The notes below the pieces were generated by a model. That model did not search any database. It was not told the DNA's origin and saw only the letters and a program-made list of their open reading frames with translations. This document shows positions 20,101 to 29,205 of a stretch of 64,000 bases of DNA, in pieces; position 1 is the stretch's first letter, and each line of letters begins with the position of its first letter. The DNA is taken from the IMG/VR virus record IMGVR_UViG_3300009011_000001, positions 1-64,000 of that record. One strand, given 5' to 3'. The translations under genes were made by a program, and so were the position numbers.

Positions 20101-20812
20101 GCTCACGCTGCAGACCAAACATCTTGATGCCAACATCCAGTTGACGGTACCCGATTTCCAGACTCTTCTGATGGTACTTGATCAGGATGTTATCCTGATA
20201 ACCGACCAGTCGACCAATGCCACGGCCGATAGAGCTGGACACCTGCATTTCTATTGCGAAGCGTTTCTGGTCACGAATGTCTCGAGCAGCTTCGGTGTAC
20301 GTGTCCTGCATCCGCTCAGCGGCTTGAGCCTTGAAGATCTCAGCCATACCGGCCAAGTTACCGTCAAGCTCAGACTGACGGCCGCTACCGCTGTACGAGG
20401 AGCTATTGCCCGAATCGCCAATGGCGTCTCGAACGCTCTTCGGCAGAAAGCGCAACAGGCTGCTTGCAGACCTGTCTTGACCGCCCTTCAATCGGCGCAG
20501 ATACGGATCGAGTTCTGCCTTGTTATCTTTAATGATATCGGCAATGCCGCGATCCAAGGCATCGTATGTATTGAGCGCCTGAGTGTAACCTTTCGGAAGC
20601 ACACCAGACAGCATACGGCGTACAAAGTCCCGGTTGATCAGCCGGTCTTTACCCGCCTTAACAAAACTTTCTGCCGCAGCGTGATAAGGCGTGCGGTCTC
20701 CCTTTTTCTTCTTGCCGCCCATATTGCCGGAGAAGTCAAAGTCGGCGTCCCCGAAGTCGAGGTCGTCGAAATCAGACAACTCGGGGAGGTCGTGATCGTC
20801 TTTTTTAGCCAT
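14105..20812 (-). CDS. Tail tape measure protein with C-terminal lytic transglycosylase (phiKZ gp181-like), 2235 aa
   Basis: SLT motifs AAVESGLDPNAS, AFGLFQFVKGTW, DPRANAILGACYL, LYAAHFLG; central TM segment; length. Start MAKKDD at 20812, because the longer ORF-track start overlaps the divergent RNAP gene. Confidence 0.92.
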   Translation of the reverse strand: MAKKDDHDLPELSDFDDLDFGDADFDFSGNMGGKKKKGDRTPYHAAAESFVKAGKDRLINRDFVRRMLSGVLPKGYTQALNTYDALDRGIADIIKDNKAELDPYLRRLKGGQDRSASSLLRFLPKSVRDAIGDSGNSSSYSGSGRQSELDGNLAGMAEIFKAQAAERMQDTYTEAARDIRDQKRFAIEMQVSSSIGRGIGRLVGYQDNILIKYHQKSLEIGYRQLDVGIKMFGLQREHFARSEQTLNNILDNTALPDFVKMTHADVVKQQLSNKLANGALNTVNKFTSNYFSGLKGNISEALGAGLDVFGQINQMSGPGMSRSHMVGDMLGSFAGDAAAQGVEYLISMLSDRYGKNIAGNKFFSKGNNVLRDALTSIPQRLNEYAKSEGTRTGILGLGEEALKGMLDTYSATSSIRGKDLEDLDKPAYMDNLFYESVTSIMPGYMASIDRSLKVLVTGEDHEEAAWSHYSGGFVDRSTLNKQHVKMALLDSNGEALRNSVDSLLRQMGAGDISLQAKRALRRHLMKDMAGANRFNPSRYVKIDTWRDEPEDIANELIEFFATKFGLSPTGEQMDNSEEIKTHRLDVADKFSEVQSRLPEFGARMNLLSGVTGRRVWRDLGLSRYNGSSGDIIDLDKVYDLIVNSGDDFDPKDEEKLKKSLSPEQWRQLMVDKRKKEEERQAAIERGANNDSVDIFKRGLNRNLGRSIVRPDGAGPSGPSPTPSQTVQAQIEWPDVIKAHDEQTHLRLDRLIGSSSQNGELLGLIAQLIPSAGANNPGSAGEGPPGPDGSPTPGRPSGDLDSAIQEQIAEIKRRWYDASIREGAGGAAKKLKGGLFSAGKMLGTYLKWSYGSIFSASKFGIKSAVGAAKFPFKALDGFGISDVHKAGEEEPTLLARDIRKGYYFDINSKKTVEKLKDITGPVKDVRTNEVVLTQEDIDQGLFSGTGESLAGFFSRAGLKMGGLLAKGTKAYMRGTYGVMWGAAKIVGRAVLDQFTQFDAYLPGDTEPRIRSVLMKKGAYRTAEGAVITSLKDIKGPVYEMDADGNRVEVVSQKEIDQYKSFYTVNGSLLYTVGGKVIHGTGRALEMAGKAAKWYGQKTMAFYKGLGKMIGAAGRGLKNFVMGKFKNGAVGMLDDEMSLAAVEISGQQLQVQMEILQFMKSRWDQEKVHGDTDGDGTRDWSWQDIIRRRKEKLAAKEGGAGGDGTGSEKVVEAIKEMDKHLDKKLEELKETTEEAGESSLLEDAADLSDIADHGGRKGRGGRGARGGGKKGWLRRTGGKMMEKGGKLVRKVPGGGMLARFGSWAGRGALAAATWAAPMLLEGAVALGSVLSAPVVIGALAVGGAAYVGYRMYKASEAEKFPLLYLRMTQYGVNPTDEKRVNMMVQLEGMVRRGVTVTKDGQASIDPGKMELGSVLDLFDAQDPERRNQLFMWIQNRFKPVFLAHCSAMQKIRNTTDLSSADDGIGDGDIETFLSTVDAPGMQKVYDDLATSPFDGKLTEDSGDVASAIKMVRGRRKLGGEQKKMKMDNAVATGNVDAVAAAATVGVAANGFGDSSQIAKGLIIQQSVRSGRLPTTVAGVAAGMKIQTSLDIPTAVRYKTYGLKEMKLDKCIQLQKVEEIYWPAVSYVGTSKATLNGNMDDLENRAIDIFKPANEVMRADVQKWVRFRFIPTFLQYAISVRRRYNGDAKNAPGNLTGVLMREVLDETTRAVADTPMGQTSVWKIANSPWPGELLEEMAGSTKSYIDALDRGDNAKVLDVKGMEAQKNQDPNDYGKTLLNTALGNQRANASGSGVNQSGPTLSNYAKIYGQGAVAGGAKGQSVGYGTGAMLMSGPSGTQVQHPGGGTGGDINSLPNNTGKGIDAMGPIITAAAKMVGFDPNIALNVAAVESGLDPNASSGIAFGLFQFVKGTWADMIRKYGATYGIAPNTPPSDPRANAILGACYLKENYEGLSPILGGNVSDVDLYAAHFLGLGGAKKFLAAPNNESSGNYVSSAAIENNKSVFYGPNGLRSVGEVKQELDRRIQIGKKKAGMGAAQGPKGGVAIDKSGAAPAFNTGGAEEDGQNTTGAGAAVSALDAANAANGAAAGTPSATQVTPRPSAPMTADIAQEVNGTAPTGGGAATPVADTGAAPAFVPPPAPKVGAQPTASRAAAADTVAKNYEQQAQASSDINGLLQQHLLVAQSMDGNILAIRQAIMQLVNKGTGGGSPGQPAPTPAPRQMEPARKSPVQTQRGQAVT

Positions 20813-20877
20813 TACGTTTCTCTCAACATAAAGGGTGGCTATATGGTTCATACCACTTCGACACAGGGACATTGTCC

Positions 20878-22548
20878 ATGAAAACCGATGTCTTGCCCGC
20901 GCTTCTTTGGATTCTTCATACGGAAGATGACGATCTAAGGCATCTAGCGCCAATCACTCGCCTCGACATTACGGAAGGCGCAAGCACCAACTTCCATGAT
21001 GACGGGCTGTTCTCGACTCGCATCTTCGGACCTGTGGGTTCGGTTGAGCGCGATGAGGTGTTTGCGAAGATCAAGTTGAACGTTCGGGTTCTTCACCCGA
21101 AGATCTATCGCGACCTGATTAACCTCAAGGCTCTTTATAAGGAAATCCTTGAGGGGACTCGAACAGCGAAGTTCGATGAAGCGGAAGGTGACTTTGTCCC
21201 GAGTGTCGATGCAGATGCCGAAACCGGCTATGCTTTCTTCATGAAGCATTTGGACAAGTTACAGTTCAAACGCACCGCATCTCCTGCACGTAACGAGCGT
21301 ATCGATTTCCTTGAGCGTTGGCGTCATCGCTTCACGCTCACCAACCTTCCCGTTATGCCTGCTGGTCTTCGAGACATTGAGATCGGCGAAGATGGCCGTT
21401 GGACGAAACACGAAATCAACGACTACTATTTCCGTGTGATGTACACCGCGCTGAACTTGCCGGCTAACCGGGATTCGGAGAACGTCATTTACGACGGTCC
21501 TCGACTGCTGCTGAACAAAGCGATCTACGACATCTATTGCTACGTCGAGCGAATCATCGGCGGCAAGAACGGGTTCATCCGGGACAAGTGGACTTCGCGT
21601 CGTGTTCTTTACGGAACCCGAAACGTACTGACCTCGATGGAAACGTCAGGTTATAGCCTCGATTCTCCAAACGTACCTGCATTCGACTCAACTGTACTCG
21701 GGACATTCCAGGCAGCGGTTGCTCTGGCTCCTGTGGTCGTGTTCTGGATGCGTACGGGTTACCTGTCGAAGATCATGTCGGCTGGTGAAGGCGACGTCAT
21801 GCTGGTCAACACGAAGACGCTCAAACCTGAATGGGTTGGGCTGACTCCGACCACGCGTGACCGCTGGACAACGTTTGATGGTTTGCGTGAAGTAATCAAC
21901 AGCCTTGTAGATATTGAAGCCCGTCATCGCCCGGTGATGATTGGCGATCACTACTTGTCGTTGGTTTATAATGGCGAGGGTACCTTTAAAGTATTCGACG
22001 ACATTGAAGATCTTCCGCAAGGCTTCGATCGCAAAGACGTTCACCCGATGACGCTCATTGAGCTTGTCTATCTGTCCGGCTATTCGAAATGGATCAAGTA
22101 CTTTATCGATGTGGTTCGTTATCCGATTAACGGTGACGACTCGACGTATCCTTCACGGATGCACGTTAAGACCACTTCGGTTGGTGAGATCCGTCGTGAG
22201 CTGGATAGTGGTTGGGAGCCCCTCCCGGGCGATGAGTTCTTGGCGGTTGAATATCCGAACTACAACCTTCGTGGTTACCATGACTCCGAGTCTCCTGCGC
22301 CATCTCGTCTGACCGGCCTTGGTGCCGACTTTGACGGTGACACCGGTTCGGGTACCGCAGTTATGACCAACGACGCGCTTGCAGAGACTGAAAAGTATCT
22401 CTCGACTCGCGAAGCATGGGTTAAGCCTTCTGGCGATCCTCGTGCACAAATCGACTACGACACTGCTGACTTCGTGATCAAGAACCTGACCGGCCGGTTC
22501 AATCACATCAAGCAGGTAAACCACAAGGCTAAAACTGAGAAGGGGTAA
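20878..22548 (+). CDS. Virion RNA polymerase beta-prime subunit with catalytic site (phiKZ gp180-like), 556 aa
   Basis: GLFSTRIFG at the N-terminus, GKNGFIRDKW..RR, and catalytic ADFDGD. Confidence 0.95.
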   Translation: MKTDVLPALLWILHTEDDDLRHLAPITRLDITEGASTNFHDDGLFSTRIFGPVGSVERDEVFAKIKLNVRVLHPKIYRDLINLKALYKEILEGTRTAKFDEAEGDFVPSVDADAETGYAFFMKHLDKLQFKRTASPARNERIDFLERWRHRFTLTNLPVMPAGLRDIEIGEDGRWTKHEINDYYFRVMYTALNLPANRDSENVIYDGPRLLLNKAIYDIYCYVERIIGGKNGFIRDKWTSRRVLYGTRNVLTSMETSGYSLDSPNVPAFDSTVLGTFQAAVALAPVVVFWMRTGYLSKIMSAGEGDVMLVNTKTLKPEWVGLTPTTRDRWTTFDGLREVINSLVDIEARHRPVMIGDHYLSLVYNGEGTFKVFDDIEDLPQGFDRKDVHPMTLIELVYLSGYSKWIKYFIDVVRYPINGDDSTYPSRMHVKTTSVGEIRRELDSGWEPLPGDEFLAVEYPNYNLRGYHDSESPAPSRLTGLGADFDGDTGSGTAVMTNDALAETEKYLSTREAWVKPSGDPRAQIDYDTADFVIKNLTGRFNHIKQVNHKAKTEKG

Positions 22549-22554
22549 CGGTCC

Positions 22555-25500
22555 ATGGCCGAGCTACTCAATTACGACCGGTATCGGTTGCGCTACATGT
22601 TGTTCAAGAGCAGCCAGTTTACAGCGCCGGTTGTTTACCCTATCCTGAAACTCACGCTTCCGAAGTTCTCCATCCTGCACTACGCTCCAGCCGACGGCGT
22701 AACCGTAGGTCCGCAAATCAGCGATCCGTTGATGCGGTCTGTGCCTGGCGTGATCTACATCGATCATGTCAAGCAGTACACGGCACCTGAAGGTAATCCG
22801 ATCCGGACGTTCACTTCGCCTGACACGATGATCACGGCATTCCGTCAAAGGAACCGTGCATTCCGTCCGCTGCGTAAGCTCGAACGTCTGGAGACGGATG
22901 ATCGGACTGTAATTGTTTTCAACTACAGCATGCTCAGCCACATGGTTCGTTATGCGACGTCGTTCCGTGCTGGCTGGTACATGTGGCGTAACGTCTACGC
23001 AGAAGTGCTGGACAATGTGAACAAGCTGGCTGCTGTCAGTAAGCGTCATCAGTTCATCGAGCTGAACCTGCCTGAAATCATGCCGGGCCTCGGTACGCTG
23101 CGTGAGTTCACCACTCGGCAAACGGCAGACACACTGAACTCGCTGCGCGATGACGGTTCGAAGCAAATCGCTGACCTGTTTGTTTGGGCCGGCAAGATGC
23201 GTGAAAACAGTCTGCTGAATCACATCCATCCCGATAACTACGATAAGGTGAACTTGATTGTTCGCCGCCTCAATGGCTTTATCGTGGTCAATCTGGGCTG
23301 GCTGAATCGGATGCGTCTTGATCCAGCGAATAAGTCGAAGGGCGTGACCTACGATCCTGCGATGTTCCAGCTCATGCTGCTGAAGTTCTTGATGGTTATC
23401 CATCAGGCAACTACTCCGATCGAAACGCAGACCCGAACCGAGGTTCTCGAACCCCTCGTCGAAATCGAGGGTGATGCTGGCGGTCTGGATGACGTTGAAC
23501 TGAACATCGGTTACGAGGAGCACGAGGAGTCGGAAGAGCTGCTTGACGATAAGGTCTCGATCGCAGCACTTGAGAAAGAGCTGGAAGAGCTTGACGAGAT
23601 CCGTAAGCGTGCTGCTGAAGATGCTGTCGAATACACCGAAGATGGCGAGAAGCTTGAAGTCAAGGCAATCGACGTCAACGTGTTGGCATCTGACCGTGCT
23701 GCTAAATCGTCTGGCTCGGCCATTGTCGACAAGGCAACTGAACTGGTTGGCAAGGGCGTCATTCTGACGGCTGCTGACTACAAGCGTATCGTTCGAGTAT
23801 CGGAAGCTTTCAATAATCTTCCGGACCCTTACGGTGGCGATGAAAAGCTGGTGGATGCGATCAAGATTCCAGATGAGGATATCGAGATCAAACCCACGGT
23901 GCTCGGTGATGCAAGTGAGGTCACTGACCCATCGCTGATTGTGTCCAAGACCGATACCTTTGAGCGTCAGTACATCGAGAAGGTGTTGAAGAAAGACATC
24001 ATCCGTTGTGTGTCCGCTATCCAGAAAGCGCCTCTGGCGATCACTGGATACAGCATCGACCGCATGACTGATGCCAGTAACGATCAGGAAATCCACACCG
24101 TCAAGATCACTCCAGCCGTGGGCGAGCCTTCGACGATCAAGTTCCCCATCCCGGTCGTTAAGTCCGATGGTTCGTTCCTTTATAACGGCACGCGTTACCG
24201 GATGCGTAAGCAACGTTCCGATTTGCCTATCCGTAAGTTGAGCCCGACTCAGGTTGGTCTTAACAGCTATTACGGCAAGGTCTTCATCGAGCGGTCTGAG
24301 CGCAAGCACTTCAACTACGAAAAGTGGTTCATGGGTCAGCTGATCATCAAGGCGCTGAATCCAGAAGACCCGGACATCAGCAAAGCGATGCTCAGCTCGG
24401 TGGCCGATTACACGGCTGACGTGCCTCGTCTGTACACCTCGATCTCTGAACGGATCATGTCGTTGGTGTGCGGTAAGAACACGCTGTGGTTTGACCACAA
24501 GCGGCGCTTCGAGAAGTTCGAGTACACCGATGCCGATAAAGCCTTTGAAAAGAAAGGCTGGGTGCTGATTGGCTGGAATGACCAAAAGCAAGCGCTGATC
24601 ATGGACCACAACAACATGATCTACCGAATTGTTCCTGACGCCAATGGCGGTAATTTGGAAGAAGTCGGTACGTTGTTTGAGCTGCTGGGTGTTCCTGCTG
24701 ACACAACCACACCGATCAGTGCAATCGAAGTAAAGGTCTATTCGAAGAACATTCCGATGGGCCTGGTGCTTGCTTATCTTCTCGGTTTCAGAAAGCTGTT
24801 GGAACTGTTGAAGGTAAGGCCTCGTCGCGTGCTTGCCGGCGCTCGCCTCAACCTTGAGCCTGACGAATACGCCATTCGCTTTGTCGATGAGTCGCTCGTC
24901 TTCAGTCGCAAGGATGTGGTGCCGACGCTGATCCTCTCTGGCTTTAACTTGGCCAAGGATTCGATCCGCAACTACGGCAGTCAGATGTTTGAAGGCAAGG
25001 ATGTCTACAGCGCTATCTTTGATCGGTCTGGCATTGGTGCTCGTTTCCTGCGCGAGCTGGATTCTCTCGACACCATGTTTGTTGACCCGATCACGGAAGA
25101 CCTGCTCAAGTGGATGAAAGAGCCGACTACCTTCACCGGCCTGCTGGTTCGTGCTGCGGAGATGCTGGTTACCTCCAAGGTTGACGAAACCCGCAAAGAT
25201 AAGGACGGTGTTGTCGAGCTTCTGGAGCGTGTGCGCGGCTACGAGCGTATCGCCGGTATGGTTTATGAAAACCTGTCCAAGCGTGTGCGTGAGTACAACG
25301 CAAGAGCACCGGGTGGTCGAGCCAGTGTGAAGATGAACCCCACTGACCCGATCAACATGTTGATCAAAGATCCAACAACCTCGCCTGTCAACAATATCAA
25401 CCCGATCCATGCACTGCGGGAACGGGAAGTGATCACCTTCGGTGGTCGCGGTGGTCGAAGTCGTCGAGCGATGGTTGCAAGAACGCGGCTCTTCAAAAGA

Positions 25501-26817
25501 ACCGACATGGGCTTGATCTCTGAAGGTACAGTGGACAGTGGTGACGTGGGCATTATTGCCTACATGCCGCAGAACGCAAACCTGACGACGGTCCGTGGTA
25601 CTGTTCGCCAGTTCAACGCAAAAACAGATGGCGCTACATCGATCATGTCGACTCCGGCTCTGCTGGGTGTTGGCGCGGACGGTGACGATCCTAAACGGAT
25701 TGGTTTCTCTGCCATTCAGCACGGTCACGGTATCGCAACAGAAAACTACGAATCAGCACCAGGCCGCACTGGCATGGAATCCATGATCGCTGCTCGATCT
25801 GGTCCTGAGTTTGCTCAGGTTGCTGCTCGGAAGGGTAAGGTCATTGAAGTCGGCAACCACCACATCGCTGTGGAATATGAAGACGGTGAAGTTTTCCGTG
25901 CTCCATTGGGTATGTTGCACACCAACGCGGAAGGTACGCTGTATCCGAACACGTTGGTAACGGGTCTGAAAGTTGGCGATACCGTCGATCAGTTCGACGT
26001 GTTGAGTTACAACACAGGCTTCTTCAAACCTAGTCCTTTCAATGCTCGTCGTGTTGACTACACCCCTGGCTGTGTAGCCCGGGTAGCGATCCGTGAAGCC
26101 ACGTACACGTTGGAAGACTCCTGCTCTCTTTCCGAATCGTTTGCTGCTCGAATGAAGACGAAAGTAACGAAACCTAAACCGATCAATGTGGACTTCCATG
26201 ACTCTGTCTTGGGGCTCGTAAAGGTCGGCCAACGGGTGGACTTGGATACAACTCTATGTAGTATCGAGGGCGCGGTGTCGTCGGCAGCTGGACTGTTCGA
26301 TGACTCTAACGTGGACACGCTGAAACTGTTTACCCCGTCGTCTCCAAAAGCCAAAGTTGTAGGGGTCGTGTCCAAGATCGAAGTTCTCTACAACGGGGAC
26401 ATCGAGGACATGTCCGAATCCCTGCAAGTCATCGTCGCCGAGTCTGAAAAGAATCGTCGCCGTATGGCCAAAGCACTGGGCGAGGAATACACCACGGGGC
26501 TCATTGGTCGGAACGTGCGCACCGAGGGCGTCAACCTCGAACCGCATCGTGCGATGATCTTGGTTTACATCGACGCCGAAGTTCCAATGGGTATCGCTGA
26601 CAAGCTGGTGATTGGTAATCAGATGAAGTCTGTGGTGGGTGCGGTTCTGTTTGGTGACAACTTCACAGAATCGAACGAACCAGTCGACATCATCTTCGGT
26701 GCTCTCTCTGCGGTGAACCGTATCGTTACCGGGCTATTTACGGGTGGCTCGTTGAACACAGTGGTACGGATTATCGGAGAAGAGGCGTACAAGATGTATT
26801 TTGAAGATGCAGCATAA
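22555..26817 (+). CDS. Virion RNA polymerase beta subunit, large part (phiKZ gp178-like), 1420 aa
   Basis: Beta-like motifs GSFLYNGTRY, ITFGGRGGRS, EGTVDSGDVG, YTLEDS, ADKLVIGNQMKSVV. Confidence 0.93.
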   Translation: MAELLNYDRYRLRYMLFKSSQFTAPVVYPILKLTLPKFSILHYAPADGVTVGPQISDPLMRSVPGVIYIDHVKQYTAPEGNPIRTFTSPDTMITAFRQRNRAFRPLRKLERLETDDRTVIVFNYSMLSHMVRYATSFRAGWYMWRNVYAEVLDNVNKLAAVSKRHQFIELNLPEIMPGLGTLREFTTRQTADTLNSLRDDGSKQIADLFVWAGKMRENSLLNHIHPDNYDKVNLIVRRLNGFIVVNLGWLNRMRLDPANKSKGVTYDPAMFQLMLLKFLMVIHQATTPIETQTRTEVLEPLVEIEGDAGGLDDVELNIGYEEHEESEELLDDKVSIAALEKELEELDEIRKRAAEDAVEYTEDGEKLEVKAIDVNVLASDRAAKSSGSAIVDKATELVGKGVILTAADYKRIVRVSEAFNNLPDPYGGDEKLVDAIKIPDEDIEIKPTVLGDASEVTDPSLIVSKTDTFERQYIEKVLKKDIIRCVSAIQKAPLAITGYSIDRMTDASNDQEIHTVKITPAVGEPSTIKFPIPVVKSDGSFLYNGTRYRMRKQRSDLPIRKLSPTQVGLNSYYGKVFIERSERKHFNYEKWFMGQLIIKALNPEDPDISKAMLSSVADYTADVPRLYTSISERIMSLVCGKNTLWFDHKRRFEKFEYTDADKAFEKKGWVLIGWNDQKQALIMDHNNMIYRIVPDANGGNLEEVGTLFELLGVPADTTTPISAIEVKVYSKNIPMGLVLAYLLGFRKLLELLKVRPRRVLAGARLNLEPDEYAIRFVDESLVFSRKDVVPTLILSGFNLAKDSIRNYGSQMFEGKDVYSAIFDRSGIGARFLRELDSLDTMFVDPITEDLLKWMKEPTTFTGLLVRAAEMLVTSKVDETRKDKDGVVELLERVRGYERIAGMVYENLSKRVREYNARAPGGRASVKMNPTDPINMLIKDPTTSPVNNINPIHALREREVITFGGRGGRSRRAMVARTRLFKRTDMGLISEGTVDSGDVGIIAYMPQNANLTTVRGTVRQFNAKTDGATSIMSTPALLGVGADGDDPKRIGFSAIQHGHGIATENYESAPGRTGMESMIAARSGPEFAQVAARKGKVIEVGNHHIAVEYEDGEVFRAPLGMLHTNAEGTLYPNTLVTGLKVGDTVDQFDVLSYNTGFFKPSPFNARRVDYTPGCVARVAIREATYTLEDSCSLSESFAARMKTKVTKPKPINVDFHDSVLGLVKVGQRVDLDTTLCSIEGAVSSAAGLFDDSNVDTLKLFTPSSPKAKVVGVVSKIEVLYNGDIEDMSESLQVIVAESEKNRRRMAKALGEEYTTGLIGRNVRTEGVNLEPHRAMILVYIDAEVPMGIADKLVIGNQMKSVVGAVLFGDNFTESNEPVDIIFGALSAVNRIVTGLFTGGSLNTVVRIIGEEAYKMYFEDAA

Positions 26818-26881
26818 TTAACCCCGTGCCCCACTCCTGGTTATGCCGGGGGTGGGTGTATGTACACTTGAGGAACTATCG

Positions 26882-27076
26882 ATGACACCCACCGAGTTGA
26901 ATAACCTGCCAATCATTGCCACGGCCGTCCAGCTGATCAGCGAAATCGCACTGAACGTGATCGGCAACGACGTCGCTGCAGAAGTTGGTGGCCAGAAGAT
27001 CACTCAGTCTTCTGTTAAAGTCCTGGCTACTGCGCAGCTGAACAAAACCCTGACCGAGAAGACCCAATATGCTTGA
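26882..27076 (+). CDS. Small hypothetical protein, 64 aa
   Basis: GAGGA RBS and ATG 26882; overlaps the next start by 8 nt; preceded by a hairpin and GTATG. Confidence 0.65.
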   Translation: MTPTELNNLPIIATAVQLISEIALNVIGNDVAAEVGGQKITQSSVKVLATAQLNKTLTEKTQYA

Positions 27077-28496
27077 TCCAAATGCCGTCACAGCCGCGAT
27101 CGCAGTGAATCAGTCGATCTCTGCCAAGGGTATTCATCTCGTTACTCTGCCGGATACTGCACTGGCGCTGCTCGTACGCGAGATGCCAACCACCACCATC
27201 AATGCCGGCGAGAGCGACTACGCCGCCGTCTCCACCATTCTGACCGACCTCTCCCGCGGTGAGGCGCACGCCGATGTACTGCAGCGTGTAGTTGGCCTGG
27301 GTAGCGATTCGATTCGTCGCACTCTGTCCTACGCCCGCAACACCGTGATGCCGCACGTCTACCGTGTGGTTGAAGCCTACACCAAGGAAATGGAAGCGAA
27401 CCAAAACGCTCCAATGCCGTTTGATCTCGAACGCCATTTCCAACACGACGCAGTGAAGACCACTGTTGCTCGTGAGTTCCTGGAACGCTGGGAAAGCGCC
27501 CCGGCCGTTTCGCCTGCTCGTGGCCTGAACCTCGGTAACTACGAGCCTGCTGAAATCCTGGATCTCGTCAAGATCAGTAATGACGGCGAGTACAACGAGC
27601 ATGTCGAAGCCCTGCTGAACGAAGATGGCGGCAAGGGTCTGAAGGACATTTCGGAAATGCTCAAGGGCAACCTTGAACTGACCGCACTGGAAAACAAATT
27701 CCAGCTCGCTGCCGCCGTGATCTTGCAAGGCATCTCCACTACGCCGAAGCCAGGCGTGGCCATGACTCTGTCCGCGTACACCGCTGCCGTGAGTTCGATG
27801 GCCAACTACGCTGCGAAGAACGCCCTGCGCACCCTGAGCCGTATGCTCGATGAGCGTAAGACCCAGACCCTGTACTACGGCATCTTCCAGAACAACGCGA
27901 AAGTCATTCCGGTGGTCGGTGAGGTTTACAACGACCTGCTGGATAAGGGCTTCACTGTCGACATGTTGTTCGGTAACGAACTGCTGGGTCGTAAGTACCA
28001 CGGCGCCGACCTGCTGAACCCTGAAGCCATGAAGGCCATGACCGAAGCCTACGAGATCGATCGCGTGACTCGTCAGGAAGCGCACAACCTGGATCGTCAG
28101 CGCATGAGCCGTCAGGCTATTCTGGACGTGCTGCGCAATGACCAGCGTCAGATCGCCGAGTCTGGCGAATACCCAGTCGCCGAAGACAGCGCTGAGCGTT
28201 CGTGGCAGCGTCTGAAAGGCTTCATCGACAGCGTGACCGCTACGAATGCTTGGTACCACTACGAGCCTTCGGCGCTGATCGCAGCGACCATTTGCGGCGT
28301 TTGGTACGCTCACTGTGATGCGTATCGAATCCTGGACAACATGATCGCGCTCGAGAAGACCAACCCGGGCGTAGCCGTTTCCGAACTCAGCACTCTGGCC
28401 ACTCTGAAATACATCAGCGAGTGGGTGGTTTCGCAGATCGGTATCGGTAAGTTCTCTGAAGGTGGCGTGAATGAACTCATCGGCGTACAGGCGTGA
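27069..28496 (+). CDS. phiKZ gp177-like protein (recalled role in virion RNAP incorporation in related phages), 475 aa
   Basis: Position between RNAP beta and the gp176/protease genes; strongly biased codon use. Confidence 0.7.
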   Translation: MLDPNAVTAAIAVNQSISAKGIHLVTLPDTALALLVREMPTTTINAGESDYAAVSTILTDLSRGEAHADVLQRVVGLGSDSIRRTLSYARNTVMPHVYRVVEAYTKEMEANQNAPMPFDLERHFQHDAVKTTVAREFLERWESAPAVSPARGLNLGNYEPAEILDLVKISNDGEYNEHVEALLNEDGGKGLKDISEMLKGNLELTALENKFQLAAAVILQGISTTPKPGVAMTLSAYTAAVSSMANYAAKNALRTLSRMLDERKTQTLYYGIFQNNAKVIPVVGEVYNDLLDKGFTVDMLFGNELLGRKYHGADLLNPEAMKAMTEAYEIDRVTRQEAHNLDRQRMSRQAILDVLRNDQRQIAESGEYPVAEDSAERSWQRLKGFIDSVTATNAWYHYEPSALIAATICGVWYAHCDAYRILDNMIALEKTNPGVAVSELSTLATLKYISEWVVSQIGIGKFSEGGVNELIGVQA

Positions 28497-29193
28497 CAAG
28501 AAACGTGTGGACTCCTGCCTTAAAAAGGTAGGAACCACCCTGGTCGCTTTGGAGCCGTTACGCATCCAGATCCCTGAACGTTTTACGGAACGGGATCTGG
28601 CTATCATCGAGGATGTCTCGTACATCCTCGGTTTCCTTGCGATCATCACTGAAGACAACGTTTACGCATCGTCGACAGTGACGGGCATGCTTCGTACAGC
28701 ACCGGACCGTATCGGTGGCGTCATCGTCGATGATGTCCCGTACATCGAGCTGTTCTACGATAAAGGGTCGTCGGTTTTCAGCAGCACCAAAGTCGTTACC
28801 GTGGACAACCTTGTGCACCCCGTTTATACGGAGACCCTGGGTAAGGGCAACATCGCCTGGTATCACGGTTACGAAGACATCATGCAGATGTTCTACGACA
28901 CCAACAAGTACAACGGCGTAACGCTGGGTGCTGACTTGGCGCTGTGGGAATACCTGGGTGCATGTCTGTGCCGCGATCCAGATAACCCTCGCCAGTATTA
29001 CCGTCACCGCAAGAATGTGAAAGAGTCGCTGAAGACGATTGAACCTTACATCGTCTCTTTGCGTAACGTTGCATTCGGTGCGACCAACTTTACTTCGAAG
29101 CTCGGCGGCTCTTACTTCGATCCGGGTATGACCAGTCTTCTGGCCCATCCATCTGAACGTGAAGAGCGTGTAGAGAAATTCCTCCGACAATGA
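28471..29193 (+). CDS. phiKZ gp176-like protein, probable additional virion RNAP subunit (beta-prime C-terminal fragment), 240 aa
   Basis: Position before the protease. C-terminal SLRNVAFGATNFTSKLGGSYFDPGMTSLL matches the recalled family (SPN3US gp244 type). Confidence 0.6.
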   Translation: MNSSAYRRDKKRVDSCLKKVGTTLVALEPLRIQIPERFTERDLAIIEDVSYILGFLAIITEDNVYASSTVTGMLRTAPDRIGGVIVDDVPYIELFYDKGSSVFSSTKVVTVDNLVHPVYTETLGKGNIAWYHGYEDIMQMFYDTNKYNGVTLGADLALWEYLGACLCRDPDNPRQYYRHRKNVKESLKTIEPYIVSLRNVAFGATNFTSKLGGSYFDPGMTSLLAHPSEREERVEKFLRQ

Positions 29194-29205
29194 GGCTTTG
29201 CAATC

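Noticed and set aside
19244-20881. 545-aa plus-strand ORF
   Set aside because: Shadow of the tape measure gene.
20813-20953. 47-aa N-terminal extension of the tape measure in the ORF track
   Set aside because: Overlaps the divergent RNAP gene; RBS and protein-like sequence begin at 20812.
22564-25728. 1054-aa minus-strand ORF
   Set aside because: Shadow of RNAP beta; biased third positions remove antisense stops.
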